Positions 50,976 through 64,000 of a stretch of 64,000 nucleotides of DNA are shown piece by piece. The stretch's first letter is position 1; every line of letters starts with the position of its first letter. The notes beneath the pieces are model-generated. The model searched no databases. It worked only from the letters and a program-made list of their open reading frames with translations, and was not told the DNA's origin. This DNA comes from Camelus dromedarius (taxonomy: Eukaryota). Where the stretch lies: the NCBI RefSeq assembly GCF_036321535.1, contig NC_087436.1, positions 110,548,001 through 110,612,000 of the forward strand, in the 5' to 3' direction. The translations under genes and the position numbers were made by a program.

Positions 50976-52149
50976 ACATCTCTCTTTCTCGTAAGAGCCC
51001 CTCATGCCATTGGAGACACCCCTCACTTCTCCAGTCTCCTGGGATTTCCATTGAACTTTCTCTTGACACACCAAGTCTGCACCCAAACCTTGTGAAACCT
51101 GAGTAATACTGAGTTGTTACTGGTCTATCTTCTCTTGAAAAAAGTCGTAATTTAGAAAGGCTTACTTGGCCAGCGGAAGACTGACACTGAGTGAGCCTTT
51201 TAGAGAGAATATGTTAAAAGGTCTGGATGTGAATTCCTGCAGTTCTCCACCTGACAGCTGCAAAAAGAAAAGACTGCGGCAAAGGATGTTCAGAAAGGCC
51301 CACGGGCCAGTCCACGCCCCACCCAGGGAAGCATTTCCCTGGCCAGATCCCCTACTGGTTTCACTCGAAGACCTGAAGTTTCAGCTACAACAGTTTTCAA
51401 CTCAGCCATGTTCCTGAAAACAGCAACTTGGAGCTGAGTACATTTTGACACCAAGAGTGGTTTGAATCTTAGAGGCTGAAAAGTACACTTCTAGCCTTTG
51501 GAAAGGTCACCCTTCCTGTTTTCAGGTTTATGAACCGCAATGTTTATGGTGGCTCTGTTTCAACTCTTGTTTCTTCCTCCTGCAGGGCATTTCTGTGTAA
51601 ATGTCACTTTCTCCAGCCAGCGCACTGCAAGGTGGCTTATGGCAGGCTTATGTGGAGAGATCTGAGGCTCTGTTCCCGTGGGTAAGAGTTGGTGTAGGGT
51701 TATTTTTTTCCTTGTATTTTAATTGATCTTCTTGCTGATGTATTATTGTTTGCAGAGAGACCTGTAGTCACAAAAGAAGACCTCTCAAACACCAGCCAAA
51801 CAAAAACAAATATAAAACAGCATCACAACAGCATGCTTACACCAGGTTTTTCAGGTTGATAATTAGGTATATTCTTCCCTCTTTGAATTTAGAAACAATT
51901 AGAAATAGACACAGGAGTCACAGACAGAGAACAAAGCATTTGCTTCTGCAGAAGAGGGTGAGACTAGTGTGGCCTGAACCCACAGGCAATGGGCTTCCTA
52001 ATTCTCTTTTCCCCTTTGAACTTACCAAGTCTCAACAGAGCAGCAAGACTGTGCCTGGCCTCTTCTGCAGGGACACGCCAGTGACCAGGCAGAATAGTTT
52101 GGGGGCTGGACAGGGAGAGGAAAAGAATGACAGCAGGATGTGTTTGGGC

Positions 52150-52292
52150 ACGTGCTGCTCTGTGATCCTGGACAAGCTATGTACTCTCAGCCTCAGACTC
52201 CTTACTCATAAAACGAGCCTTCTGAGATTTAGGTGATACGTATAAGGTGGTCTACACGGTTCCTGGCACGTAATGGGTATTTCATAAAGAGG
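52150..52292 (+). mobile_element. MIR SINE fragment
   Basis: 'ctgtgatcctggacaagctatgtactctcagcctcag...cggttcctggcacgtaa'. Confidence 0.75.
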
Positions 52293-52415
52293 AGCTTCCG
52301 TTAACGAGAATATGACTAATTCACTCCTACCTTCAGCTCACAGATTCTTAGGATTTAGGGGCTTCTTCTTGCCCACTCTTCTCTGCTGCTGATATAATGT
52401 TTTCCCTTGGCATTT

Positions 52416-53074
52416 TGTTAGAGCAGGCAGATAGCTAGATATGAGCAGAGAAAGGGGAATGCAGGCCAAATGGCAGGAAGTGGGCAGAGAGGAGGGACAC
52501 AGGCCCAATGCAGGAAACCATACATCATATAAGAACCAGGGGTCCCTGGGTAGAAAAAGAAAAGCAGGAACCTCTGGGCTGATAAGTGGTCACACCTTTG
52601 GGGGTGATAAGCTGCCCAAAATCTAACAAAGAAAGGTGGGAAAAGGCCAGAATTTCTAGTGTCTGGATGTAACCTTTTGCTTGTTATGACCTCATTTACA
52701 TAAAATTAGCCTTGCAGATTAGACGTACCCATCATGCACCGACACAGTAACACTTCTGATTCAGACTAAATAAGGACAAGAATCCCTCTTCCCTTTAGGA
52801 AGGTGGAGTTGGGATGATAATCAGGAATTAAGACCCCAAACCCTTCCCTCCCCAGTGAATATTCCACCCATTCATTTTTACACCCTATGTAACCAATTTG
52901 CCAAAGAAACTCGGGGCAGCTGCTCACCTGAGCCTGCCCGCTCTCCCCTTGAGAGTGTACTATCCAACCTTTAATAAATTTTCACTTTACTTTTTTTAAC
53001 CACTGCGTCTTGTCTCTGAATTCTTTCCGGGACGGGGCAAGAACCTGGAACACCAGTTACATCCATCGGCAACA
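52416..53074 (+). mobile_element. MER41-like ERV1 solo LTR
   Basis: Starts TGTTAGAGCAGGCAGATAGCTAGATATGAGCAG and ends GGCAACA; AATAAA at 52973-52978; MER41-like block 'tgaatattccaccc'; 4-bp TSD ATTT/ATCT. Confidence 0.85.
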
Positions 53075-54454
53075 ATCTGAGGCAATACAGAAAGGTTCAG
53101 ATACAGAAAACAGCCCCAGTTCTAGGGCTGCCCCAGAGAACTCTGCTCGACATAACTTGGTCATGCAACCTTTAATGAGTACATACTTCCTTTTACGCAC
53201 AGAATTAGGTACAAAGAGGAGCTGAAATTTGGAATAAGATTTTTCACAGAAACAGCGGTTACAATGCACAGGTTGTGGGGCTCAGGTGAAGAGGGAGGCG
53301 GTTTCTCCATCTCATGGGCTAGCGTTGTTTATGTGGTAAAGTGTCAAGTTCCCAACAGCCAACAAGCAAATAAAACTTGAAGGCCAGAGAGCAGCTTATG
53401 TTCACAGACTCTGCCAACACAAACAGAATTACACATTTCAACATGTGATTCAACTAATATAGTAGTTCCTGTCTTTGTATCAATATTCTAACAGAAGTTT
53501 CAAAATCCCTAGGTCATGAAAATAGTTCTCAAGCTTTATCAAGCCCTCAGTAAGGGAATAAACATTTTTTAATCTTCCCTCAAGTCAGTAAACCAGACAG
53601 AAGGGCACCACACAAAATGACCCCCACACACAATTGATGGTTGGTCAGTAGCAAAATCTTCAAAGACAGAACATAAAATACGAAGACTCTCTACTCAGAA
53701 AAGTCATCACACTTCGCAAAGATCATATTCAAACACGTTCTTTAACATTTAGCTCCTGCTTAACAGTTACAGATGTCCTTTCCTTCATGGAAAATTTAAA
53801 TGCATTAAATTATAGCCTCTTTTTCCCATTATGATTTATGTAACTAAAAGAGCAGAGGTGACGTGGAGATACTGGGATCGCAGTTATTGGGAGACTAACA
53901 ATTAGCACTGATAAAATTTATACCACATCTATGTCTTTATAAACTCCAAAAGAATTATATTTCATGAGCTGAGCGTACACCTACATGTCAAGTTAACACA
54001 TCCTGTGGGAAAATCAAGATGGCCAACTTCTACAAGGACTACTCAACATTTTAGGTAGCTTTAGGGTAACTTAGTCAGAAGTCACACTTCTGGAAATGCT
54101 GTTAATTCTTTTATCTATTTATTTACTCACTTGTTGCAGAAAGATTTATTGAACACTTCCAATGTGCCAATTGTTTGAGAAGCAGATACGATTAAACAGA
54201 GAGGACCTCCTCCTTCTTACAGTCTACAACCTGCTGGTGAGCATAGCTTTGACTCCAATTGTGAATTGCAGAATTCTTGTAAACAGAACTAGCATTTTAT
54301 TGTGTATGACAGTCTTTCAATCTATAGGCAGATACTATTAATTTGTATTTTACTAACATCATAAAAAGCAGAATTATCTGGTGTCTTAACTGTCAGTACA
54401 TCTTAGGCAGACAATGAGAAGTTCCCTCCATCGTTCAAAAATATAAAACCAATA

Positions 54455-54705
54455 ATAGTACTTGCTACCATCCATTAAATGCTTGCTTCCTGCCAAGCAC
54501 TGTTATCAACGCTTGACATATTTTTATACATTTAACCTTCACAACAACATATGAAGTATGTACTATCCTCACCACCACATAGATAAGGAAACTATAACAC
54601 AGAGAGTTCAGTAACTTTCCAAGATTACTCTTCTAGAAAGAAGCAGAGAAGGGGCTGAAACCCACAGTCTGATGTCATAAAGTCATGGTTTTGCACACTG
54701 CAACA
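54455..54705 (-). mobile_element. MIR SINE
   Basis: 'tgccaagcactgtt...catttaaccttcacaacaac...agataaggaaactataacacagagagttcagtaactttccaagatt'. Confidence 0.85.
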
Positions 54706-57601
54706 CACCCTCTGTCCAATAGAGGACACTCTCTGGGCATATCAGTGTCTCCCAGTTTCAGCAATCCTTTTCTTTTTTTTCATTTTTCAGTTTTATTAGG
54801 TAGAATTGTTACAATTCAACTACCCATATACAATACATTGCAGGTAAATGCATATATACAATAAACTGCACATTTTTTTTAGTTCACATATATGTACTGA
54901 TCATTGTTTCTAAGAATAGTTCAGAGCTTTAGCTTTTTAAACTTACGTGGTTGTCAAAGGAATAAAGCCAACTACAAAATAATCCTTGATAGATGTGTTG
55001 GAATGCTATATAAAATTATAAGCCCATTCAGTGGTAACTGCTGTGGCTAGTTTTCCATGAAATGAGAAGTGCTTTGAGTCCCATACACAAAGGCCAAGTG
55101 GAGTAAAGTCATTGCTTAATGTTACATAGTAGCCTTTTGTCCTGATAGCAAACTCGTTCTTAATAAAAACAACTGGTGTAGAAGAAGAACCAGGGATAAA
55201 TTTTAGGCCAGACTTCCCTGACAAAACTAGCATTTATTGAAAAACCACCGTTTCCATCATACTCCTCAATAGTGAATTTATTCTTCTCGTGTATTATTCT
55301 ACATTAAGATGAACAGAACTAAGATAACAGAACTGAAATAAATACAATGGTTTTGAGTGCCTCTATTAAACCCCAAGAAAACGTATTAAGAGAAAAAGGA
55401 CGTGTTTTTTCAAGCTTCTCTCTGCAGACCTGAGTCACGCGAATCGTAGATGCTTGTATGAAGCAACATCAAACACTTCGCACGTAGTTGGCAAACTAGG
55501 TTAGAGATTTAGTGCCACAACTTAACTTCCCAACCTTGAGAAAACAAGCCACTTAGATTGTTATGAGCCTCAGTTTATCTGTAAGTGGGAAACTCGAGCT
55601 ACTGAACACACAGGGCGATTATTGACAGAGTAAAAAGACAGCGGATGTGAGAGTGCTTTACGAGCTCTACACAGATTCTGTTTAATTACATTCACAAGCA
55701 TTTGTTTTGAGTTTCTTCCATGCAGTAGGGATTGTGGTGAGCCCTGAGGTTACAAGATCAATGAGATCTGGTCCAAACCTTTAAAGCATTATTATCGCTA
55801 GCATGTTAGTTTTAAGTCACGTTTATGGCACAATAGAGTTGCATTTTATGTGTAATATACACAATTTCTAGTACATTAGGACCTCTCGTTTCATAAATAT
55901 TTACTGTAAGTGTATGTTCATTTTCTAGGACATAAGGCTAATTTTACACTTTTAAATTATTGTTGTGGCTTTGTGTTTTATGACATACTAATCATTTCTG
56001 TGCTTTATTTGTTGACAGATCCTTGGTTGAAAATATGTGTCAATTATAACATTTTTTTCCATAAGAAGCACATTCCACTTTATGTGTTTTTAAGAGTACA
56101 TTACACTCTAATTTGGAGCCTGTCTATATTCTAAGTTTAGTTTTTCAGATCAAGGCATTGAGACCCTGAAAAACAGGTGTTCTCTCAGATAAATCAAAGC
56201 ATGTTATCTGAAGCACATAGAGATGACTGAATGTTCTTAAATTCTATAGATTAGGCTCTGAAGTTGTGTTTATTATGATCAAATATGCATTTTCCTTTGT
56301 CTCCCAAGTGAGAGATTATCTCATTAATGATCCATTTATTTGTCATTCATTTGATAAGCATTTATTCCATAGTCACAAGGATATGAACAATTAAAAAAAT
56401 GTCAGAGGAATTACTGATGTAGCCCCTGCCCTTGAAGATCTCTCAGAAATAAACATTCCCTGGGTCAGGATACAGCATTAGGGATAGTGCATCAGAAAAC
56501 CAGAAAGGGTCTGGTCTGGCAGAACCACCACGTTAGCCCTGAAATGCCAACCTCCAGACAACACATGTAAGTAGAAAAATAAAACTAGCAATTGGTTTGA
56601 GCTGTTTTTGGCAAGTTACTGTAATTCATGGCTGAATGCAATCCCCAGCACATAAAGATCACTGGCTCCTATGTAGCCCAAAAGAGGGAGTCATTTTCTT
56701 CCCCCTCTGGGCAGAAGCAAGGGTAGAAATGTGCTAGGATTTTGGAAGTATGATGGAAAGCTGGCACAGGCTTCATTAAGGGCTGGAAACTTTTCAAGTG
56801 TAACTTGTAAGGAGGTTTAGGATCTGTCTTAGAAGCAAAGTAAGGAGGAAAATGTCTCAGGCAGAAGTGAAGGCGTGGAGGTATGAGAGAACAAGGCTAT
56901 TCGGGAGCAGCGCGTGTCCCCGATGTGGCTGGGATGCAGGGAATCAGGAGAGGTGTTGGGATGGGAGCGGCAGCAATCGCCTGGAGTACTGTGCTGAGGA
57001 CTTGGGACTTCACACCTCAGGCACTGAGGCAAGATCTCCAGTGGTTTAGAACCACATGACACTCCCCCCCATTGGTGCTAATAAGCCTTGATGGGAGAGA
57101 CCTGAGCACTGCGGGAAAGTGAGAGCATGGGATGGTGGCTCCTGGAGATGCTTACTGAAGAACGACTCAAGCCCTACTGAACAGAAAAGGCAATGCGCTC
57201 CCTAGAGTTACAGCAGCACAGCACCTGCCAAGAAGAGCCAGCCTTTCCAGAGGCCACAGTGCTGTATCCCAATTTCTCTTGATGTGCAATTTGTTCTTTC
57301 AGAATACGGGATAAACTGAACTCACATGGCTCATCCCCTTGGAAGAACTGATGCACACAGCTCTCCATCCGTCAGGAGACCAGCATCATTGTGTAAGGAA
57401 AACGGAATCCTCATGTTTTCATTTTTCATGTTACTTTCCCTGTATTTGCTTATCATTTTGTGATTTCTATCAATCTCTTTCAAATAAAACAAAATTTAGC
57501 AAACATTTCTTGAGCACCTACTGTGTGCGGAGAATTTCAACTTTATGGTGATGGAGGCGGACACATTTAGGTCCAGTCAGTACAATTTGGGGTGAGACAT
57601 A

Positions 57602-57774
57602 GTAAATTGCCAGATTTCACAAATAAAAAGACAGGATGCCCAGGTAACTTTGAATTTCAGATGAATAATGTATCATTTAACTTTAAGTACATCCCATGTC
57701 TTATTTGAGACATATTTGTTCTAGAAGACTCATTGTTTATCTGAAATTCAAATTTAACGGGGTATCCAGTATTT
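57602..57774. mobile_element. MER53 palindromic hAT MITE
   Basis: 'ttgccagatttcacaaataaaaagacaggatgcccag'; perfect 14-bp inverted arms TTTGAATTTCAGAT (57649-57662) / ATCTGAAATTCAAA (57739-57752). Confidence 0.88.
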
Positions 57775-57958
57775 AAGTAAGTGTTTTATACCAATTAGCC
57801 CTTTAAGTCTTCACAAAAACCCCCATTTTACAGATGAGGAAACAGACAGGTTAAGTTATTGGCCCAGCATCATACAGCTAGTTGGTTGGGGAACTTAAGC
57901 TTTGAACACATGCAGCATGACACCACAGTCTGTGCTCTTAGCCAGTGCACTCCACCAC
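57775..57958 (-). mobile_element. MIR SINE
   Basis: 'ccccattttacagatgaggaaacagacaggttaagttattggcccagcatcatacagcta'. Confidence 0.88.
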
Positions 57959-59409
57959 ATCTCTAAAACAGAATGGAAAATAGTGTTGTAATAGACTCAC
58001 TAATTACAATTATAAAAATTTCAGGACCCAGAAAAGTCACTGTATTCCCAGCATGGGATGATAAAGAAATTGGGTAAATCAGCACTGAAGCATTGAGATA
58101 TGGAGGAAGAAATAAAACTTCTTTTTGATTCCTTTGGTGGAAATGATACAACCTGGTAACAGTGGCTTTTCAATTAGCAGGGAGAAATTGACTAGAGTAT
58201 TATCTCAGAACCAATAGAGTTGGGTTCAACTTTATCTCCACTACTGTGAAACTGTGAGCTATTTTTTTTTTTTGAGCCTTCATTTTCTCTTTTGTAAAAT
58301 CTGAATGAAAATAACTCCACAAAGTTGTTGAAAGGGCTAAAGAGGGCATATGTGGAGAGCACTCAGTCCATGGTGAGTTGTCAATACACAAGATTTATTA
58401 GGTGATCATAATGATGGTGAAGATGTGATGAGTTCCCTGTCTCTGGAAGAAATCAAGTAGGAAATGAGTAGTCATTACAAATGCTATTTAAGGAAGTCTT
58501 ATGAGATACAGAGTTGTCCTTTCCAACTCTTGGATTTTAGATTAATTTCAAGATATGGCCAAAGCCACGCAAGGAAAGAATTATCAAATTCTTGTGATGT
58601 CATCCCACTAACCTGATATGTGATAATATTTTGTCAGGGTCAGTGTAACAACAGTTTGAAGAGCACCCAGAAGAAAATTGCAAGAGTTCCATAACTACAG
58701 CATGCAACAAAGAAAGTAATGATTGTGAAGACCTCCCACAGTTAACTGCTAGTAGATAACACCCTTAGAACCTAAGTTCCAGGTACTCAACTTATTCCTC
58801 ATTTCCTCATCAAATCTTATCAGCTAAGTCTGCTGGGGAAGGTTTCCCTCACTGGAACAAACTTCTGATATTATCACGTTGGTCAATTAGAAAACCAGGA
58901 TCAGTGTTGTAGGTGTTGCTTTATCCACATTGGAAATGAATCCATTTTGTCATCTGAAGCATGGTACTGTTTGCATTTATTAGAGCTGAGCTAGAAATTC
59001 AAGTTAGGCCAGGTGAATTAAGCCTTAAGTAAACTTGAACCAATTTATATGTGTAGACATTTTCTTTGAATTTTTTGTTTGCTCAGTTTTTGCTTTTCTT
59101 TATGCTTTCTTCCACATTTAAAAATAAAATAAATATAATTCACTTGGAGTACCATTATGAAAATCCACAAAGGTTCATAATTATAGCCCTTGAAATGATT
59201 ATCTCTGACCTAAAGGACAAGTTTTTAAAAATTGGTTGAAAGGGATGATGCAATACAGATAAAAGCCTCTTGTCACTTTACAAGACTTGAAGTTCACCCA
59301 AAAGCTTGAGGGCAAATCTAGAATGTTCCAAAGTGAGACACTAGAAGACCCTTCTACTTGCAAATAAAATGAGACCCAGAAATTTAATGCAGGTTTTGGC
59401 ATTCATTTA

Positions 59410-59965
59410 TTTTATGACATGGGAAAGCCATTTACTGCTCTGGGCCTCAGTTTCCTCAGCTGTAAAATGCAGGAGTTGCAGGGCTTGCAGGCTTAGCAAA
59501 TAGAGAACTCACACACACACGACTTACATCAAGAGGGCACGTCCCAAGCGGTGAAGAGCAGAGACCTGAACCATGTTCTCACCTCAGTGCTGCCACTGAC
59601 TTGCAGTGGGATCATAGGCTACTTTCAGTGTTTCATTTCCCACTTTGTAGAACTGGGATAATGATAACACTCAAAGGTTTGTTGGAAAAATTGAATAAGT
59701 TAAAATTTTTGCACAAAATGTTCTTAGCACAGTGCTAGGCTTATCTAAAACCTCTACGAGAACTACTCTAGGCCAGCCACTGTGCCAGATTCCTTACTCA
59801 AATTTTATCATCCAGTCCTCACAGTGCTCCCTCATAGCAAAGATGCCGTTCTTATCCCTGAGGGTCCTGTATCCTGCCAAGAGCTACCCAACTGGTAAGG
59901 ATCAAGGTGGCAATTGAACCATGCAATGAAGAGCCCCCCAAATCTTTGCATCTTTAATCACATCC
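59410..59965. mobile_element. Three MIR fragments
   Basis: 'ctctgggcctcagtttcctcagctgtaaaatg', 'tttcatttcccactttgtagaactgggataat' and 'gccagccactgtgccaga...tcctcacag'. Confidence 0.7.
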
Positions 59966-60294
59966 CATTGTCTCCTTGGTTCTTTTCTTTCTATTCTTTC
60001 TGGCCCTTTCTTCACACAGGACGAAAGTTCACCACGTGAAAACTAGTAAGTGAGTTCAAGGAGATGAAATGTGTAACGCTTCATTTGCAAAGACTCGAAA
60101 ATCCTAGGATCAGATAATCAGTCCTAAAATCAGAGGTGACTATGGAAATCAGTTAATTCCCTCCTTTGGGGGTCCTTATTTTAGTTAACGTTCTCACCTG
60201 CCACAGAGTCTTCCAAGCTAAGTTTCTAAGATGGGATTAATACTATAGAATCAAAAGTTGTAGACATGAGAAGAGGTAAGCCCTCTTGATTACT

Positions 60295-62640
60295 GAAAGA
60301 GAAGCACGATGTGATTATCTCGTAGATGCCAAAAATGACGCTGATGCAGTCAAATGTCTATCACAATGTGTTAAAAAGATAGCATGATAAATACCAGTGT
60401 GAGCCCAAATTCATCATCATGTTTAACCATGGCACACACAAGGCATTGCCCTTAAAATCAAGGGAAGGAAAACAAATCACTGTCACATTGACTGTAATTT
60501 CTCCTCAGGAACATCTAAACAATGCTATAGGACATGAAACTGGTACAACAGGTGTGACTGTTAATGAGAAAAAGATATTATTAATTTTAAATAATAATTA
60601 TATATCTATAAATCTCAATAAATGAAGCAGGCTTCTAGAATTATAATAAAGAGGATTTTTAATAAAGTAAATGAATACAAAATAAATATTCAAAAATTAA
60701 TAGCATTATGTCTTACCAATGCTACCATAATAGCCTCTTATAACTCTTCCTCCTCTTGTTTATACCTCTTATAATCTATTTTCCACAAGTAGCTAGAATA
60801 ATCATTTTAAAACAAATATGAGCATGCCACTGGCTAGCTTCATACCATTCAATGACTTCCCTTGTGTCCTAAATACAATCCAGACTCATAACTCTGGCCT
60901 CACCATCCTGTTCAATTTCATCACCTGCCTCTACCCCTTGCTTGAGATGCTTCAGGCCCCTTCACATCATCTAAGATTCTCAAATACACCCAGATAGTCT
61001 CACCTTGGGGCTTTTACATGGTCTTTTGGTTGCCTTGCATGTCCTTGCTTCTTGCTCTGTGGATCCTTCCCATTCTTCAGACCTCAGCTTAAAAGACTGC
61101 TCCTTAGAAAGGTCTTCCTGAAACACACTGTGTTGGTAGTTTCCCTCCCATCTTTCCAAATCACATATACGCTTACTCTCAATCACCAAACTCTACTCAT
61201 TACTTTCAGACCAGGCGTTAGTATACAAAATTAGATGTTCACTTGTTTGTTTACATGGTTACTGTCTCTTCTCCTTTTGTGGATTACATTCCACAAAGGT
61301 GGGGATCAAAGCTGTTTTCATGAATTTCCAATAGCATTTCTTGGGGAAACTGACTAAACAATTCTGAGATTTATAGAAAATAATAAACAGATAATGGTGG
61401 CAATTATAATTTTATAAATAATGTGAAATAAAAAGGGAATTAACCTCATTACATATTAAACAATACTGCAAAGCTACCATCATTAAAGTAATTAAATAGA
61501 ATAAGCCTGAAACAATTGGTAGCAAATGTAGTATTTAATATAGGATAAAGGAAGCATCACATTCAAACAGGTGAAGAGATGGATCATTCAACAGACATTA
61601 TTCAAGAATTTGTCTATCTAAAGAAAAAAATGTTGGCTTTTTTTCTACACACCATAAAATAGAACAAAGTGCAGATTAATTTATGTGCTAAATGTTAAAT
61701 AAATAAACAGAACTGGTAGATAATACTTCAAGGATCTTAAATATCTTGTGATGGAGAAAAGCTTTCCAAGCTTAAATGTAGTGAATGAAAAAGATAAACT
61801 CTACACTAAACATAATCATGAAAAACTTTAAATGAAAATTACTTACCAAGTAAACTACAAGAAATGTGCTTAAAGTAGGATAATATTCTTCAACTATATA
61901 GAATGTTTACAAATCAATAAAAACATCACTCAAATACCAAAACAAATATAGGGAAAGGAAATTAAATAATTCACGTAAGTAAAATGACAAATGTGGGCAT
62001 ATGAAAAAAGATCAATCTTCCTAATAATCAAGCAAATATGAATTTAATGGCTAATATTTTTCAAGTACTAAAGTAACAAAGATTTTTCAAAGATAATCCT
62101 AGTGCTAGCAAGGATGCATTAGACAGGCACTCACCCATTATGATAAGGAAGGGTAAATTGGCACAACCTGATTGAAAAGTAATTTTGCGAGGTGAACTGA
62201 GTCTTTAGAAAATTTATATCTGTGGAATCAGTAATCTTTCAGAAATACATCCTGAATAGTCAAACACGAGTATATATTTGTGTACCAGGATGCTTAATGC
62301 AATATTAATTCTAATGGTAGGAAAAATGTTTCTCGCCTAAGTGTATAAGGGGGAAATAGTTAAATACATGATACATCTCTTTTATGAAATATAGTTTGAC
62401 TACTTAAATTAATGTTTTGAGAAACTAAGGCTATCAAAAACTACTAATGACACAATAGTGAGCAAAATAAAAAATTAAGATTTCAAGCCACATTCAGTAT
62501 CATCCTAATTTTGTATGTATTTATACAACAAAACTGTATGGTAATATAATGCATTTTTAAATTAGTTACCTTAGGGTAGTTAAACTACAAGAACTTTTAT
62601 TCTCCAGTGTTTTTATATTTTCTTTAAAATTTTCACTATT
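60295..62640 (+). mobile_element. Ancient L1 (L1ME/MC-like) ORF2-3'UTR fragments enclosing an L2 piece (about 60720-61320)
   Basis: 'gattatctcgtagatgccaaaa', 'atacaaaataaatattcaaaaattaatagcatt', 'caaagctaccatcattaaa' and 'gtaaattggcacaacc'; L2 'ttccacaagtagctagaataatcattttaaaacaaat'. Confidence 0.7.
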
Positions 62641-63639
62641 ATTACTTTCCGAATATTATTGTTTTGGAACCAAAAATTATTTTTAATTTAGCAAACGATT
62701 GAAAGAAGACAAAGAAGCTTAGCGTTTAATAAGAAAACAAGGGAAGGTTCATTTTAAGGAAGTTAAAACTTAGTTTTCATCTGCAGGCTAACGTGATAAA
62801 ATGATTAAATATCAGAATATGGAGAACAGTATAAGAAAATACGATCAATAAACGTAATCAAAAATCATATGGCTTAATCAATAGGCTGTAAATAAAGTAA
62901 CAACACAAATTAAATAATAACAAAGCATTTCGTCTATTAAATCAGCACCTAGAAACCTGATGACTATGTGTGCACTGGAAGGAGGGAAATCCAATTCTCA
63001 ATAATCCCATGGTCGAAGCTTTGCACAAACTTGCTGCTAGCACTGATACAAACTAGAGCTAGCTTTCTGGAAAGTAGGTTCCAAACATATAAAAGCCATA
63101 AACAAAAAGGAAATAAAAAGTTATGTGCTGAAAATAGGCATGACAGTATTGTTGATAGCAACCCCAGATCAAAAGCAATCTCACTATGGGAAGTAGGTGA
63201 ATAGTTAAATAAACAATGAGACTGTCAAGGTAGTTGTCTTTTAATACAAGGAAGATGCTACATAGCAGTGTGCCTATGGTGTGCAGATATAATATTAAAT
63301 AAAGAGGCTAGATTACAAAATTTTACATGTACATGATTGCTAGCAGTATATGACTATACATATGGACAAAAACTAAAAGTTTTCAAAGGTAGTGGGATTC
63401 TCATTGACTTTTCTCTTAATTTTTTACACTGTACATAATTCTGCCCTGATTTATGTTGTTTTGAGAGAGACAATGAAAGAGAAATAGTATAAGTGAAGCC
63501 CGTTCCTGGAAGAGAAGGGAATGGATGGTCCAGCAAACATGTTTACTCCTGGGGGGAAAATGAGGCTTGGAAAGTTCCTGATTTCTCTGTGTCATCATTC
63601 TGTTGGGTACTTTCAAGGACATTAGCTCATTTATTATTC

Positions 63640-63795
63640 AAATATTACTGTACATATGGTATTTTTAATCCCCATTTTCTGTATGATTAACAGTAGGCTC
63701 AGAGTGGCTAAGTAACTTGTTGAAAGTCACACAGCAGTTAAGTGTAAGAGTCTAGATTCAAATCCAGAGCTCTCTTACTCCAAAGCCTAGCTACA
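63640..63795 (-). mobile_element. MIR SINE
   Basis: 'atccccattttc...aggctcagagtggctaagtaacttgttgaaagtcacacagcagttaagtg'. Confidence 0.88.
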
Positions 63796-64000
63796 CTTGT
63801 CCAAGAAATTCCCTTTTTCTTCAGACAGGTGAAAAGACAAGTGGTCGAATGAAGATAACAGGTTTATTTGGACTGGTGTCGGGGCTAGAGTGGGGAACAA
63901 ATGGGAAGATGAGGGAACATTGACTGATGTCAATCTTTTCAGTCAAATGCAGGTGAAATTGTCTGCTAAGAGTAGGGTCATAAAACTTCCAGAGAGTGGA

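Noticed and set aside
51856..52236. Longest ORF in the track (126 aa)
   Set aside because: TTG start, the 3' part runs into a MIR, and no recognisable homology.
53025..53033. STAT1 GAS site in the MER41-like LTR
   Set aside because: TTCCGGGAC lacks the final A and lies downstream of the poly(A) signal, not in the U3 position of known MER41 GAS sites.
56530..57300. Possible ancient LTR fragments
   Set aside because: LTR-like in feel, but I could not match termini, a TSD or a family with enough confidence to list it.

Overview
Mammalian nuclear DNA, AT-rich and dense in repeats. Two tRNA-Ala-derived Vic-1-type SINEs (7155-7266 +, 18902-19056 -) point to a camelid genome (alpaca, llama or camel). 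No complete protein-coding gene is visible. The only gene-like signal is a probable last coding exon at the left edge (529-625, poly(A) signal at 923-928) of a gene I cannot name. The rest reads as intergenic or intronic sequence, and the supplied ORFs are either repeat-derived or unrecognisable. The richest structure is a nest at about 29.1-38 kb. It holds an old L1, the 3' end of an ERV1-type LTR, the 5' half of an L1 and a decayed class I endogenous retrovirus (gag-pro-RT-RNase H, YVDD motif intact), followed by a second L1 and an L2, with apparent deletions on both sides of the provirus. Also present are an ERVL gag remnant, a MER41-like solo LTR with a 4-bp TSD, a twin-primed (5'-inverted) L1, several MaLR/ERVL LTRs, hAT MITEs (MER5, MER53, MER112-like), MIR/L2 fossils, microsatellites and a 77-bp quasi-palindrome centred on an AP-1 site. 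I found no convincing evidence of a new biological system. Repeat subfamily names come from recalled consensus sequences, and the boundaries of old repeats are approximate.
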